Below, piece after piece: positions 35,624 through 44,435 of a stretch of 44,686 nucleotides of DNA (position 1 is the stretch's first letter; every line of letters starts with the position of its first letter). The DNA comes from a virus. Its lineage: Duplodnaviria > Caudoviricetes. Below the pieces are notes generated by a model that was given only the letters and a program-made list of their open reading frames with translations, ran no database searches and was not told where the DNA came from. The DNA lies in the IMG/VR virus record IMGVR_UViG_3300032233_000392, positions 1 through 44,686 of that record. One strand, given 5' to 3'. The translations under genes and the position numbers were made by a program.

Positions 35624-38116
35624 TTAAGTGCTAAAAATAGCAAGATAAACTCTATCCATATTTTCGTCACCACCGTTAGAGTATGTATATATTTTAAATT
35701 GAGAAGTTGTAGGCGTAAAATCATATCTTATGTTTGCTACTTTACCATTTGTTGAACTTGCACCGGATGTAGGTTTTAACGCCGTAACAATCGCATAATT
35801 TGCATTAGCCATAGCAGTTGTCATATTTATAGTGTAATAGCCATCGCTAATAACAGATATTGAACTAATATTAAAAGAACTAATTATAGACCCCGCACCT
35901 GAAAAATTTAGCCATGCTTTAGCAACTTGTGTTGTTCCCAAAGATGTTGTCCATGCTGAACCTGTTGAAACGGCAATTCCTGCGCCCGGATATGTTGTTG
36001 GACCCGTAGGTCCAGTTGGTCCTGTGGGACCTGTAGGGCCGGGGCTTCCCGTTGGGCCGGGACCACCTGTTGGACCTGTGGGGCCTGTCAAACCTGTGGG
36101 ACCTGTGGGGCCGGGCGCACCCGTAGGACCTGTTCCTCCCGCCGTGCCTGTGGGACCTGTGGGGCCTGTGGGGCCTTGAGGAACGGTAAAATTAAATACC
36201 GCAGCGGAAGTTGTACCGCTGTTTGTTACGGCGGCTGGGCCGGTTGAAGTTGTGCCGACAGTTACCGTAGCAGCAGTTCCCGTAGGACCAGTAGGACCCG
36301 TAGGCCCCGGAGAACCTGTAGGCCCCGGAGAACCTGTCAAACCCGTTGGACCCGTGGGTCCCGGACTTCCTGTAGGCCCCGTAGGCCCCGTAGGCCCTGT
36401 AGGCCCCGTTGGGCCTGTAGTTGATGCCCAAGCAAACGCAGTTCCTGTCCATTGCAAGTAAGTGCTTGACACCGTTGGGGCAACAACAAAAGTAGTTGCG
36501 CCAGCCCCAGAATTATATGGGATTCGGTTAGCCGCACCGCCAGCAATATTTGTAGCTGTAGTAGCAGAAGTTGCAGAAGTTGCTGATGTGGCAGTCGCGG
36601 CGTTACCACCTATAGAAAGCCCTGATGCTGTTCCAGTAATATTGGTTCCAACTAAAGCACTAGGAGTTCCCAACGCGGGGGTTGTTAAAGTCGGTGAAGT
36701 GCTAAGAACAACCGAACCTGAACCAGTAGATGTCGTTACACCTGTACCACCATTAGCTACAGGCAAAGTTCCGGTTACTTGAGTAGTTAGACTTACTGTT
36801 CCACTTAAGTTAGCAGTTGTATAGCCCGTACAGTTGGTCAGTACACCAGAAGTTGGTGTACCAAGAAGGGGGGTAACTAAAGTTGGTGACGTACTTAATA
36901 CGTTGTTTCCAGAACCAGTAGATGTAGTTACACCTGTACCACCATTTAAAACCGGCAATGTTCCCGTTACTTGAGTAGTTAAACTTACTGTCCCACTTAA
37001 GTTAGCAGTTGTATAGCCTGTGCAGTTAGTCAATACGCCGGAAGTAGGTGTTCCAAGAAGGGGGGTAACCAATGTAGGTGATGTACTTAATACGTTGTTT
37101 CCAGAACCTGTAGATGTAGTTACGCCCGTACCACCAGCCAATACCGGCAATGTGCCAGCAGCTAATGCAGAAGCAGACGTTGAATACAGCGCGTTGTTGC
37201 CAGCAGTAAACGTGGTTAGCCCTGTGCCGCCATAACCTGATTGAATTGTACCGCCCTGCCATGTCCCACCTGAGATTACCGTAGAACCTAAAGCTAAAGC
37301 ATTTGTACCCCAAGTTACCGCTTCTGGAAGATACCCGTGTACGTCCCATGTCCCTGCGGTAGTTCCGTTAGATAACAACACAAGTTCAACAGCGCCACCA
37401 GAAGTAATTGTTCCAATTGCGCCAGTTGCATAATCTTGAAGCGTTAGCGTTCCTGTTGCATTGTTATTAAATACAAAAGCTACACCTGTAGTCAGTGTAG
37501 TTGCATCAGGCATTGTGTAAGTTTGACTGCCTGTACCAGTAAGTGTCTGTGAATAACTAGAAGCCGCTGTTAACGCAGTTGTGCCCGCCGCAGCTGCAGT
37601 GCTTGTATTAGCTTGGTTAAGTCTATTAATAGATACGTTTTGGTTAGAATCCCGCAACATAACTGAGTTAGCGCCAGATGAAGCCGTAACACCTGTACCG
37701 CCGTTAGCAACAGGCAGGGTTCCAGTAACACCCGTAGTTAGAGGTAAACCTGTAGCGTTAGTTAGTGTTGCCGAAGCTGGAGTACCCAATGCAGTTGCAT
37801 TACCAGAAGCGTCTAAGTTAACTGATTTACCCGCTGGGTATGTGGCAAATAGGGTAACAGTACCACTAAAAGTAACTGCTGTATTGGAGTTACTAGAACT
37901 TAAGATTGTAGTACGAGTTAAAGTAGGCCCCGTAGTTGAGTACGTGCCAATACCTACTTCCCAGTTAGTTCCGTCATTAGCAGAGTAATAGGTAGTATTT
38001 CCATTGCCTATAACAGCAAAAGATTGGTATCCGGTTATTGCACTACCTATTGTAAAACTAACGGTAGTATTAGCTGTTGCGGATACCTGTACACGATCAG
38101 CGAGTACAAGAGCCAT
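35624..38116 (-). CDS. Tail fibre with collagen-like domain
   Basis: [17 protein letters not shown]-terminus; 64-aa repeats; two Gly-X-Y blocks; [16 protein letters not shown]-terminal module. Confidence 0.85.
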   Translation of the reverse strand: MALVLADRVQVSATANTTVSFTIGSAITGYQSFAVIGNGNTTYYSANDGTNWEVGIGTYSTTGPTLTRTTILSSSNSNTAVTFSGTVTLFATYPAGKSVNLDASGNATALGTPASATLTNATGLPLTTGVTGTLPVANGGTGVTASSGANSVMLRDSNQNVSINRLNQANTSTAAAAGTTALTAASSYSQTLTGTGSQTYTMPDATTLTTGVAFVFNNNATGTLTLQDYATGAIGTITSGGAVELVLLSNGTTAGTWDVHGYLPEAVTWGTNALALGSTVISGGTWQGGTIQSGYGGTGLTTFTAGNNALYSTSASALAAGTLPVLAGGTGVTTSTGSGNNVLSTSPTLVTPLLGTPTSGVLTNCTGYTTANLSGTVSLTTQVTGTLPVLNGGTGVTTSTGSGNNVLSTSPTLVTPLLGTPTSGVLTNCTGYTTANLSGTVSLTTQVTGTLPVANGGTGVTTSTGSGSVVLSTSPTLTTPALGTPSALVGTNITGTASGLSIGGNAATATSATSATSATTATNIAGGAANRIPYNSGAGATTFVVAPTVSSTYLQWTGTAFAWASTTGPTGPTGPTGPTGPTGSPGPTGPTGLTGSPGPTGSPGPTGPTGPTGTAATVTVGTTSTGPAAVTNSGTTSAAVFNFTVPQGPTGPTGPTGTAGGTGPTGAPGPTGPTGLTGPTGPTGGPGPTGSPGPTGPTGPTGPTGPTTYPGAGIAVSTGSAWTTSLGTTQVAKAWLNFSGAGSIISSFNISSISVISDGYYTINMTTAMANANYAIVTALKPTSGASSTNGKVANIRYDFTPTTSQFKIYTYSNGGDENMDRVYLAIFST
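35998..36418 (-). repeat. Collagen-like (Gly-Pro-Thr)n coding repeat, two blocks
   Basis: About 16 plus 20 Gly-X-Y triplets separated by a short linker; locally GC-rich. Confidence 0.95.
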
Positions 38117-38126
38117 TTAGGACTCC

Positions 38127-38726
38127 TTAACTTGTAGCGGTTGTGCTGTATGTAACGCTTACTGTGTCGCCGGATGTAACGGTCTTAGCTGTGCTGAAAT
38201 TGCCTTCAGAATACAGAGTACCAGCAGTACTTGAAATTGTGCTAACAGCGCCTGAACCGGTAACTAAGAAACAACCATAGACAGTTGCTGAACCCGTCAT
38301 TGTATAAGTGATAGCGGTAGCAGTTGAAGTCGTTACATTGGAAGGTGTAGTACCAGACGAAGAAGCCGCAGCAAATACTGCAGTGCCACGAACAGCTGAA
38401 CCACCAACCGTGTAAGTAGTTAACTCAGTCCATGTTTTAGAAGTCATGGTATCAGCGGCAGCAAACGTAGTGCTGTTATTGATAAGACCTAAAAATGGGC
38501 CAACGGTGGTATATGTGCCAGAGGTTCTTAGTAATGTATTTAGTAACAGTTCTTTACCAACGGCTACAACCAGATTAGGGAACTCTTCTTCCCATTTAAG
38601 GTTGCCTTGTGCGTCACGGCACTCTACTTGATAAAAACCTTCTACGCCCATTCCTTCAGGAATAACTGCGTTTGCTTGTAATGTGGCTACAGCGTTGTCG
38701 CCAAAACCTTGAGATTCTTTGTGCAT
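38127..38726 (-). CDS. Virion structural protein
   Basis: Thr/Ser-rich beta protein; KW....NLVV..G and GD...V.Y; SD GGAG. Confidence 0.65.
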   Translation of the reverse strand: MHKESQGFGDNAVATLQANAVIPEGMGVEGFYQVECRDAQGNLKWEEEFPNLVVAVGKELLLNTLLRTSGTYTTVGPFLGLINNSTTFAAADTMTSKTWTELTTYTVGGSAVRGTAVFAAASSSGTTPSNVTTSTATAITYTMTGSATVYGCFLVTGSGAVSTISSTAGTLYSEGNFSTAKTVTSGDTVSVTYSTTATS

Positions 38727-38734
38727 GATTACTC

Positions 38735-39166
38735 CTAACTAATTGTAATAACAGAGGTAGTAGAACCTACTGTTGGGAACGTCACTGTAAATGTATTGGT
38801 TGTCGTTTTATCCGAGCCAAAATTTAAAACCGCTACAGAAGCATTAGTAGTGCTATTGTAGATTAAAGCGCCCCTAGCGGTAAAGGAAGCACTTGTCCAA
38901 ACAACAGGATTAAACGAAAGATACGCGATGTTATTTGTAGTATCGCCAGTTGGAACCGTAGAAACTACCAGCGTTTTACCACCAGCTGTATATCCCGTGC
39001 CAACAACTTCCCCAACCGTAGTATATGCAGTGGTTGTGTTGTTTAAGTTAGCATTAGCCGTGTATAAAGCAATTTTGTATACGTAAGACGTACCCGTATT
39101 AAAGTTAACCAACCCACTAAGTAGATTGGTTTTAAAGGTAGTTGTCTGTCCTTGGACAATACTCAT
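38735..39166 (-). CDS. Virion structural protein
   Basis: KIALYT..GYTAGG..ARGALIYN..VL.FG.DKT. Confidence 0.7.
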   Translation of the reverse strand: MSIVQGQTTTFKTNLLSGLVNFNTGTSYVYKIALYTANANLNNTTTAYTTVGEVVGTGYTAGGKTLVVSTVPTGDTTNNIAYLSFNPVVWTSASFTARGALIYNSTTNASVAVLNFGSDKTTTNTFTVTFPTVGSTTSVITIS

Positions 39167-40089
39167 GAATTAGGCCCGCTAACATTAAGTTTAGTTTGTC
39201 CATCACGGTAAGCATCACCACGCTCAAGTCCATCACCAAGACGTTTAGCTAGGGCTACGGCTTCTGTAAACTTCTGCTCGTAGTAACCTACTAAGTCCTG
39301 CTCACCCTTCATAAATAACATCGCCTCGCGCATAGACCCGTATAGCAAAATAGGATCAAAGTTATCGCCAAGCCACGAAGTACCAGTAGCGTTGTTTATA
39401 GTACCAACCGGAACTGAGAACCCAGACCCTGTACCAATACCAATATTAGCGGCACTAAAACTTAACACATCCCCAACAACGTAGAAGTTACCGCCATTGG
39501 TTAAAGTCACTGACGTAACAACAGAACCAGCAATAGTAATTGTAGCTACCGCACCTTGCCCTGAACCACCAGTTAACGGGATATTAGTATACGTTCCATT
39601 AGTATACCCAGTACCAGCCGTAAAAGTTTGAAACGTAGTGATAATACCCTGCACAATAGACGCGGGGTAGAAGAAGTAATGCAGTTCTACGGTGTAATTA
39701 GAATCCGGCGTTGGGCCTAAAATAACTGATAATTCCGTGTTAAGAGTGTACTGTGGGCCAAATAGTGCGTAATACTGGGGGGTACCCGTATCAGTAGCTT
39801 TAGGATAAGCCTGTCTAATAAAGTTAACATCTTTGTTAAGTAGGTACTCATAACCATTAGTAGTTTCAACAGCTAAAGAGTACGTAGACAAAAAGTCAGT
39901 AGGCAATGACAAATACTGATTACCTGAAGTTAGAACGCCGGTTACATTTCTTCTTAGCGCAGGGAACTGCACCATGTTGTAAATGCGTTCTTCAGCCTGT
40001 TGCACAAACGTAGGAATATTCGCTACAAATAGCGACTCCGTATTCTCGGCATAGCTTTGAATTGTTTGGTACAACGTCACGTAGTTCAC
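39163..40089 (-). CDS. Head-tail adaptor-like protein with inserted GxGY beta domain
   Basis: F...AE.RI, P.DF, G.P.YY, GPTPD..Y.VELHY, W......LLYG; insert TAGTGYT..GGSG..Y.VGD. Confidence 0.6.
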   Translation of the reverse strand: MNYVTLYQTIQSYAENTESLFVANIPTFVQQAEERIYNMVQFPALRRNVTGVLTSGNQYLSLPTDFLSTYSLAVETTNGYEYLLNKDVNFIRQAYPKATDTGTPQYYALFGPQYTLNTELSVILGPTPDSNYTVELHYFFYPASIVQGIITTFQTFTAGTGYTNGTYTNIPLTGGSGQGAVATITIAGSVVTSVTLTNGGNFYVVGDVLSFSAANIGIGTGSGFSVPVGTINNATGTSWLGDNFDPILLYGSMREAMLFMKGEQDLVGYYEQKFTEAVALAKRLGDGLERGDAYRDGQTKLNVSGPNS

Positions 40090-40352
40090 GCCATTGGCCC
40101 TCTGCTCATAACACCTTTAGTAGCCGCACCCGTACCACGCATTTTAATGCCGGTAGTCTTAACAGGCTCATTGCCAGCAGACTTACTAATGTTGCCAATA
40201 GTAACGTCATACGTATCTGCTTTACTGCGGTTTGGGCCACTGCCGGGGTTTTCTGAAGCTGATACAGCTTTCCCTGACATATTATGTGGCTTGGCATATA
40301 CGGAAGCTTGTCCAACTTCCTTGCCTTTCACTTTGTTAGAAAACTTAGCCAT
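40086..40352 (-). CDS. Small basic virion-associated protein
   Basis: C-terminal MRGTGAATKG...GPMA. Confidence 0.7.
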   Translation of the reverse strand: MAKFSNKVKGKEVGQASVYAKPHNMSGKAVSASENPGSGPNRSKADTYDVTIGNISKSAGNEPVKTTGIKMRGTGAATKGVMSRGPMA

Positions 40353-40540
40353 TATCGCCCCCTTTGAGCTGCTACTTTAGCAAGGCCACGACCCATAGAC
40401 TTCATGTTTTTGTTGGTTTTGCCAACAGTTTTAGTCATTGGGCCTTTTTCAATTTTAGCGGTTGGGCCTGAATCGCCAAGGTTTTTACCCTCGGTTTTAC
40501 CCTTTTTAGCTACGCCATCAGCTGCTGATTTAAATCCCAT
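40352..40540 (-). CDS. Small basic virion-associated protein
   Basis: ADGVAKKGKTEG; SD AGGAG. Confidence 0.7.
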   Translation of the reverse strand: MGFKSAADGVAKKGKTEGKNLGDSGPTAKIEKGPMTKTVGKTNKNMKSMGRGLAKVAAQRGR

Positions 40541-40549
40541 GTTGTACTC

Positions 40550-40978
40550 CTAAGTTGTAGTTACAGTTACATCATTAACCGTGCCCACCGCAACTAGTGC
40601 ATTAGGCGTTAAATTTCTATCAAACCCGCTAGAACCACCTACAGGTGCCCAGCCCCACTCAATTACTCGACTACCACCTTCAGGGTAACCAGCTTCTACA
40701 ACTGTATTATTATCCCCATTTTGCGTCTGTACGCCACTCATTCCAGAACTATAATAGCTTACATCAGGTCTTGGTTCCCGTACAGCCTGTGGATCATTTA
40801 CAGGGTACATACCTAACTGTAACTGCGGTTGATCCGGTTCCCAACATTCAGGACAAACTTTTATACTGGTTTGCTTAGTTTTAATCGTTAACTTTTTTAG
40901 TTCCTTAAGCTTATACCGCTGACCGCAACGATCACACTCGGCAATACTATATTTACCAGATGCAAAATTACTAGGCAT
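40550..40978 (-). CDS. Zinc-finger-type phage protein
   Basis: CDRCG...CPECW..QPQL..PRPD; start moved to MPSNFASGK. Confidence 0.7.
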   Translation of the reverse strand: MPSNFASGKYSIAECDRCGQRYKLKELKKLTIKTKQTSIKVCPECWEPDQPQLQLGMYPVNDPQAVREPRPDVSYYSSGMSGVQTQNGDNNTVVEAGYPEGGSRVIEWGWAPVGGSSGFDRNLTPNALVAVGTVNDVTVTTT

Positions 40979-41918
40979 AGAATAAATTCCTTGGTACAAA
41001 CCTAATAGGTGCAGTTTCTCTATCCTCAGCAGAAGCTAGCCCAAACTGCTCTTCATAATCTGCTTTCAAAAACATTACTCGTTGCGGGTCTGTTCCTTGG
41101 ATTTTAACACTTAAAAAGTACGATAAACCAGCTACCATACAGTTAACAAACCGAAATGGTACATCCTGTACATTAACACCGCCACCAGCATCTTGAATAC
41201 GACGCATACGCCAATAAACGAGAGTATATGCACTACCAGCAGGGGGGCAAGGCCAGATGTTAACGCAAGGTAAATACTGCTCAGTAATCACATCACCAAT
41301 AGAATGAGCTGCTGCTGTGGTGTTATTCTGACCTCTCCAACAGTTTTGAAGTTGGTTACCTACAATATTTGTGTACGCAATAATCTCAGAACCAATCTGA
41401 ATAAACCCTGTAGACCGTAAGTCTAGGTTTACAATATTCGCATTGGTTGCAGTCTTTAATGTGATCGTAGTGTCAGTAGCATTAATTGCCGTTTTTAGCA
41501 GGTAATCAGTTGTATTAGTTGTACCCGATTGACGGTTGAAATAGACCTGAATAGGTCTACCAGTAGTTAGCTTATTAGGAATAGTAGCGTAAGTAGGCTC
41601 AGATATACGGCTGAGATTAATATCAATTTGGTTGGTTGAATCTGCATTGTTTGTACGAGTTTCTAAATCTAAGATGTCCACGGTATCTATTGGAACAGCG
41701 TAAATACCTTGGTTGGGGTTTAAAATAAGACTTGTTTCTTCAACAGTCCATAAATTGATACCACGATTAGCCCACTCAATAAGCATCAAGTTAAGCGAAC
41801 GTCTGGCTGTTCTAAGGTCGTAACCCGTACGCATTTGCGTACCACAACGCTCAAATGCCTCTTCGACTAATTCAGGTAAGTCGAGATTAAATACTGTAAC
41901 TCCAGACGTATTTGCCAT
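40971..41918 (-). CDS. Tail tubular protein A / adaptor-like protein with inserted decoration domain
   Basis: EEAFERCG..ARRSLN..WANRG.NLW, Y..IPNK..GRP, WP.P, P.RF...GL.Y, EDRE. Confidence 0.65.
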   Translation of the reverse strand: MANTSGVTVFNLDLPELVEEAFERCGTQMRTGYDLRTARRSLNLMLIEWANRGINLWTVEETSLILNPNQGIYAVPIDTVDILDLETRTNNADSTNQIDINLSRISEPTYATIPNKLTTGRPIQVYFNRQSGTTNTTDYLLKTAINATDTTITLKTATNANIVNLDLRSTGFIQIGSEIIAYTNIVGNQLQNCWRGQNNTTAAAHSIGDVITEQYLPCVNIWPCPPAGSAYTLVYWRMRRIQDAGGGVNVQDVPFRFVNCMVAGLSYFLSVKIQGTDPQRVMFLKADYEEQFGLASAEDRETAPIRFVPRNLFYA

Positions 41919-42151
41919 TATCTATATCTCGCGGTTTTCTTTGCAATACTTTTAGGTTGAGCTACAAACTGTTTACCTGCTGCTTTACCAACTCGTTTTG
42001 CCTTAGTCGTTGCCGCATATTCAGCAGAGCTAAGACTTTTAATCGCTGCTTCTGGAAGATACCGCTCTCCAGTTTTACTCGATGGTTTACCAGATTTAGT
42101 ACGCCACTTTTGATCACCCCAAGCCTTTAGGGATTGTTGCGGCGCTTTCAA
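41918..42151 (-). CDS. Small basic protein, DUF5872-like half
   Basis: QQSLKAW..QKWRTKSG..ERYLP..LS..EY.AT..K. Confidence 0.65.
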   Translation of the reverse strand: MKAPQQSLKAWGDQKWRTKSGKPSSKTGERYLPEAAIKSLSSAEYAATTKAKRVGKAAGKQFVAQPKSIAKKTARYR

Positions 42152-42687
42152 TCTTTATACCCCCCACCAGAAGCTTTGTACTTCTTTGCTACTAACTGTG
42201 CTTTACGAGCTGACCACTTACCAGCACCTGTACCATGCGTTGCAGCAGCTTTAACTTGTGAAACAATACGTTTGCGTAAACCGGGTTTAGTGTAATTGCC
42301 CGCTTCATTTACCTTGGATTTGGCTTGACCACCTTCTTTCATATAGCCCATTTTGTTACGGACTTCTGTAGGTAGTTTTCCAAGTCCCGCATTATCTTCT
42401 GGTACTTCTTTTAATTCACCACCAGCCGCCATCTTTTTAGTTAAAAATAATTTATCTACTATTTCCATTCGCTGGGGTTTAGTTGTAACTTTATTAATAA
42501 CACTTAACCGTTTAGCTTTATCTTTTCCCGCCTCATAAAAGCCAGCATCTTTTAAAGATTTGGTTACGTTTTTAACACTACCGCCTTCAGCATACTGCGT
42601 AAAGTCAGTATCATCCCGACGAGCTTTCTTTTTCCCGCCGGGCATCTTTGATGGGCTAATAGCACCCATTCCTCTACTAGCTCTCAT
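42148..42687 (-). CDS. Basic modular protein with xxGG motifs
   Basis: YAEGG, MAAGG, MKEGG; C-terminal YTKP.LR..WSARKAQL...Y...GGGY. Confidence 0.7.
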   Translation of the reverse strand: MRASRGMGAISPSKMPGGKKKARRDDTDFTQYAEGGSVKNVTKSLKDAGFYEAGKDKAKRLSVINKVTTKPQRMEIVDKLFLTKKMAAGGELKEVPEDNAGLGKLPTEVRNKMGYMKEGGQAKSKVNEAGNYTKPGLRKRIVSQVKAAATHGTGAGKWSARKAQLVAKKYKASGGGYKD

Positions 42688-43157
42688 ACCATTTTTCCAC
42701 GAGTTTTACCTCGTACGGCGCAGCCATCAGCACGGTTAGAAGCTGAAGATACTTTACCACCTGACTTCATATTGAGGCTAGCAAAACGACCAGTACGTTT
42801 TTCCGGTTTTGCTGGGCCGGGGTTACGTTCCGCTTCCATACGTTGTCTAGCTTGTTCATTTAAGCTTTCATTACGACGGGCTTCGGTTGGGGTAGCAAAC
42901 TTACGCGGCTCATCAGCTTTTTTAGGTAAGCTAGCAAAACGACCAGTACCAATCTTAGGAGTTTCTTTTTCAGGCGCGGGTTCAGCTTTAGCTTTACGAA
43001 GAGCGGTAGCTATAGGAGCCTTAGAAACTGTAGAAGAAGAAGGTGCTTGTTGATTCTTAGTGCTGCTAGTTACTTCTTGTGCAGCTGAATCTTCGTCTTT
43101 ATCGTAATAAACTTCGCTTTCTTCCGTACCATCATAACGCTTTACTTTGCTTTTCAT
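42684..43157 (-). CDS. Basic low-complexity protein
   Basis: TGRFASL twice; MKSGGKV..RADGCAVRGKTRG. Confidence 0.7.
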   Translation of the reverse strand: MKSKVKRYDGTEESEVYYDKDEDSAAQEVTSSTKNQQAPSSSTVSKAPIATALRKAKAEPAPEKETPKIGTGRFASLPKKADEPRKFATPTEARRNESLNEQARQRMEAERNPGPAKPEKRTGRFASLNMKSGGKVSSASNRADGCAVRGKTRGKMV

Positions 43158-43690
43158 ATCACTTTTCCTTTCATTTTAGGCATAGAAGCCTTGGTTTTAC
43201 CACGTTGAGCTATACCATTAGCAGATGAACGGAAAGAACCACCTTTAGCTAGTTTAAGCTGGGTACCCTTACCACCCTTATGCTCCTGAGCGTCGTGCTG
43301 TTTAAAAGCTTTCTTGATCATGGCTTTATCTTGCTTAGTGTCAGTCATACCACCTTCAGCCATTTTTTTAACTTTACCGCCTTTTTTCATCATGCCCGGA
43401 GTTCCCGGCATAGGGGCACCACCACCCATTCCCGGTGCGGGTTGATTACCTGCTGCCATACGTCCACCCATAGGGGCCATAGGTCGTTTACGCGCTGCCA
43501 TTAATGCAGCAATCATCTTTGGGTCTGGTTTCTTAGCCATAGTATCACCACCTTTTTTAAAAGTTTTGCCTTTATCGGCTGAGTTAAATTCTTTACCCAC
43601 TGACTGTGGGATACCTACCTTCTTAGCAAATGCAGGGTTATGGGCTACAGCTGCCATGAAGTTATGCTGTTTCTTACTTACGCTTGGCAT
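43154..43690 (-). CDS. Basic modular protein with xxGG motifs
   Basis: MPSVSKKQHNFM.A.AH; FKKGG, MKKGG, MAEGG, LAKGG; ANGIAQRGKT. Confidence 0.75.
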   Translation of the reverse strand: MPSVSKKQHNFMAAVAHNPAFAKKVGIPQSVGKEFNSADKGKTFKKGGDTMAKKPDPKMIAALMAARKRPMAPMGGRMAAGNQPAPGMGGGAPMPGTPGMMKKGGKVKKMAEGGMTDTKQDKAMIKKAFKQHDAQEHKGGKGTQLKLAKGGSFRSSANGIAQRGKTKASMPKMKGKVI

Positions 43691-43862
43691 ACGCTACAAT
43701 CTCTCTAACAGTTTTGGTTTCCCAAAGCCTAACCAACATATAGACTAACACCACAATGCTACTTACAAGGGTTACAACAGGCGGTAGCCACTGCATAATG
43801 TTACTTAAACCTATTGTAAAGGCAGCGCCATCAGCCATTACTTTTGCGTCGTGGGTTTCCAT
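43674..43862 (-). CDS. Small membrane protein
   Basis: Hydrophobic VVTLVSSIVVLVYMLV then R.WET.TV. Confidence 0.65.
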   Translation of the reverse strand: METHDAKVMADGAAFTIGLSNIMQWLPPVVTLVSSIVVLVYMLVRLWETKTVREIVAYAKRK

Positions 43863-44117
43863 TTAGCACTTCCAAGCACGTAAAGATTTATTAATGCGTG
43901 AATCCGGATCATTCGCCGTTTTCGCACTCGTCAACTTCTTCTTCATCCCAGACATCCTTGCGCAAAAGCTTTTCTTGCGGCTGCCACCTTCTGGTTGTGG
44001 AGCTTTTAATCCCGGTTTCCCCGGATTGGCTGCGTTGTAAGAAGCACGTCCTTTGGCGTTTAAACCGCCTTTGGGGTTCTTGCCTTCTTTGCGTTGCCAT
44101 GCAGGAGATTTAGCCAT
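43863..44117 (-). CDS. Conserved small basic phage protein (DUF6321-like)
   Basis: AWQRKEGK..GGLN.KGRAS..R.SFCARM..W.C. Confidence 0.75.
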   Translation of the reverse strand: MAKSPAWQRKEGKNPKGGLNAKGRASYNAANPGKPGLKAPQPEGGSRKKSFCARMSGMKKKLTSAKTANDPDSRINKSLRAWKC

Positions 44118-44388
44118 AAAAGACTACCGCAGTTGTAGTTGCCGAAACCACAGCGGAGACATTTGTACTACACTTAATACCTTCGCCGGGAAATACCATA
44201 TAGATTGAACCAGCGGCTGCGGGTGCAGTAAACGAAAATACAGCTGTGCCGCCAGTGCCGTCGTTTAATACAACTGTCGCGCCTGTAGAATAACTAATGG
44301 AAATACCTTTAATGCGAGTGCCACCAGCAAAAATAGTGGTGGTTGCTCCAGCCGCTGCTACTGCCGATTTAACGTCAGTTTGCATCAT
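44110..44388 (-). CDS. Small virion structural protein
   Basis: SD AGGAG; beta-rich, MQTDVK..R.KG..PGEGI..VFYG. Confidence 0.7.
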   Translation of the reverse strand: MMQTDVKSAVAAAGATTTIFAGGTRIKGISISYSTGATVVLNDGTGGTAVFSFTAPAAAGSIYMVFPGEGIKCSTNVSAVVSATTTAVVFYG

Positions 44389-44411
44389 AATTAATCTCCT
44401 AAAGTGTTAGT

Positions 44412-44427
44412 GGGGGCCTAAGCCCCC
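44412..44427 (-). terminator. GC hairpin (weak terminator or RNA stabiliser)
   Basis: GGGGGC-TTAG-GCCCCC just after the upstream stop; poor U tract. Confidence 0.55.
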
Positions 44428-44435
44428 TAGATTAA

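Noticed and set aside
15634-44113. Plus-strand ORFs over the structural arm (e.g. 32310-32858, 37581-37988)
   Set aside because: Mirror translations of repetitive Gly/Thr-rich fibre and virion genes
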